Source: Eukaryota sp. TZLM1-RC (taxonomy: Eukaryota > Protista > Metamonada: BaSk clade). From it: a stretch of DNA of 64,000 nucleotides. Both the position numbers and the translations under genes were made by a program. Positions 61,828 to 64,000 of the stretch are shown here, piece after piece; within the stretch, counting starts at the first letter, position 1; every line of letters starts with the position of its first letter. The stretch is from assembly GCA_040285825.1 (NCBI GenBank), contig JAUPSS010000003.1, positions 1,984,001 to 2,048,000 of the forward strand. Direction: 5' to 3'. The notes below the pieces were generated by a model. It was given only the letters and a program-made list of their open reading frames with translations, did not search any database and was not told the origin of the DNA.

Positions 61828-64000
61828 TTTTTTTTCTCCCTCCCTTAGTCAACCCTTTCATATTTCACTTTCTGTCAAGGCGTCAAAGTCGTACTGTTTC
61901 TCTGTCAAAACGATGCCTTTGGCTGATAGTGACTCTGATACTGATTGGAACGCCCAAGCAAAGATTCTACCAGTCAGATCAAGCTCATCCATTCCACTTC
62001 CCCACTCTCCCCACAATACAAGCTATGCTCGAAATTCATTTCAAAAAAATTTTCATTCAAAAACTGATCATTGTACCAGAAAAAACACAGAAAAACCACC
62101 ATTACGTTCCTTGCGTTCTGTTGCGCGTTCTATTAACAACTCCGTTTCTCGAAATTTGTTTTCTCCAGCTGAAACTGCAAAAAGTCAAAAGTCTATTTCT
62201 ACTTTTAACTCAAAAATTGACAAAATTGAAAGAACTGAAAAAATGAAACCACTGCCATTAAAAAGGTTCTAAAAATGTTCGATTTGTGGTATCAGTGGTC
62301 ATAATTCGAGAACGTGCCCTGAGAAACAAAAAAGAGAATTTGAATTAAAATCTGCTCAACAAATTCTCAAATGTTCTGTTCCAGCTGTTGCCGTTGTGAA
62401 AGGTGTTGAAAATAATGTTTCTGACGATCAACAGTTAAATGCTTCTAGTGTTCCCTCTTCTTCCCCTTCTGAAAACAGTAATTTTTGTTGTCCATTTTGC
62501 AAAAAAAGATGTTGCAGATTCACGAAATGGTCGAAAACTTCTGTTTTGTACGAATTGTAAAGCCGTTGATACCGTAAGACCCCCGATCCGGATCCCAGTA
62601 GAAATAAGTCCCGCCAGCACAATCCCCTTCTCAATGGAAATGAGAAATTTTACTTCTGAATTGAAAAATAATAAGTGGAATATTTCATCCTTCTGGAAAT
62701 ATTTTGCTAGAAAAAACAAAAATTGTTTTAAGAAAAATTTGGAAATAGAAAAATTGTAAAATCAAAAATTTGCCGAAAATTGTGCTTACGTGGTCGTTAT
62801 GGTGCCGCAAAGCAGTCTTTGTTTTCCTCTTCTTTGGCTGATGTAAACTCTGATACTCTTGAAAAACTCCAAAAGTTGCATCCTCAAGAAAATTTCAAGT
62901 GCAGCAAGCCTGAAGTGTGTCCTTTTGGATTGAAAATCCTATTACTGCAATTGAGGTTCTTAAAGCTATTCAAAAATTACCTAAGGGGAAAGCAGCAGGC
63001 CCATCTGGAATTTCTTTTGATCTCTTAAAAATAGCGTGTTCCAGTGCTCCCGAAATTGCTGATGATCTAGCCCACTATTTTCAACAATTAATTGTTTTGA
63101 AAATAAATCCTCCATTTGAATTGCTCGCAGCACGTCTGATTGCTTTAGTAAAGCCTGGAAACGGAATCAAACCTGATGGAATACGCCCAATTGCTGTTGG
63201 TGAATCTCTTTCTCGTTTGCAGGCATCAATTGTCTTCGATCGTGTCAAAGACAAAGCCTCTACATTTTTGAATCCTCATCAATTTGGAATCAAAACAATT
63301 GATGGTGCTTCTGTTGCTGCTATTCCCTCTGATACCTTTTTTAATGCAGAGGAAAATAATTTTATTTTTAATCTCGACTTTAAAAATGCTTTTAATTCTG
63401 TAAAGCGAGAAGCAATTTTTGAAGTTATTAAATCTGATTTTCCTGAGCTATCGAGTTTTTTCTACCATTTTTATGGTAAAGAATCAGATTTGATTTTTAA
63501 TTCATTTGCTCTTAAATCATCTTCTGGTGTGAAGCAAGGTGACCCTTTAGGTCCATTATTGTTTTGTTTGGCTATTCACAAAACTTTAAATATCATTAAG
63601 CAAAAATACCCTTCTATAAAAATAGTTGCTTATATGGATGATATATCCTTGATTGGTTCATTTGATTTACTAGAATTGGTTGCTCAAGAAATTGCCGATT
63701 CATATGAAAATATTGGGCTTCATCTTAATGCCAGCAAATGCCTTCTGATTGGCTCTTCTGCTCAAGACCTCGTGATAAACGATTCTATTGTCCCTTTTAC
63801 TAATTATAGTAGTGATGCTTTTTAAGTTCCTTGGTTGTTGGTTAGAAATGTGCCTCAAATTCAGAATGAATTGCAAGTTATTTTGGAAAAAATGAAAATT
63901 GAACTTGATTCAATTTCTTCTTTAGATATAGAAAAGCATATTAAATTTTTTATGCTTAAAATTTGCTACACTGGGAGAATAACCCACATTTTGAGATCTT
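61828..64000 (+). mobile_element. CRE family A with intact 5' end, runs off the window
   Basis: Near-identical to 56345 onward; frameshifts fall in homopolymers. Confidence 0.93.

Overview
AT-rich eukaryotic (protist-like, standard code, no introns evident in host genes) DNA saturated with retroelements. Most of the window, and almost all of 36.5-64 kb, is nested, truncated or inverted copies of at least seven lineages of CRE-like non-LTR retrotransposons (single ORF: zinc knuckle, RT with YMDD, C-x-C..H..C, RLE endonuclease). I label lineages informally by their C-termini: A ...DFLDVDL, older A', B ...EEILVQ, C ...LEDIEF, D ...FEDVEF, F, G, H. Also present: two families of tiny gag-only LTR elements, Ty3/Gypsy relics, tRNA-Asp(GTC), tRNA-Val(AAC), and host genes (a PIP kinase with an inverted chimeric duplicate, a PAP2 phosphatase, an Eps15/EH-like protein, a coiled-coil protein). 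Best candidates for something new: (1) an intact, compact Fanzor1-like (eukaryotic TnpB) RuvC nuclease gene with no adjacent transposase, followed by about 250 nt of back-to-back, strand-specific hairpins (candidate omega-RNA); (2) evidence that the A' CRE lineage repeatedly inserted at the 5' end of a tRNA-Asp gene with long target duplications, paralleling trypanosomatid SL-RNA-targeting CREs; (3) mini-LTR elements with a palindrome where the tRNA primer-binding site should be. All alignments and folds were done by eye; element boundaries without a stated TSD are approximate.
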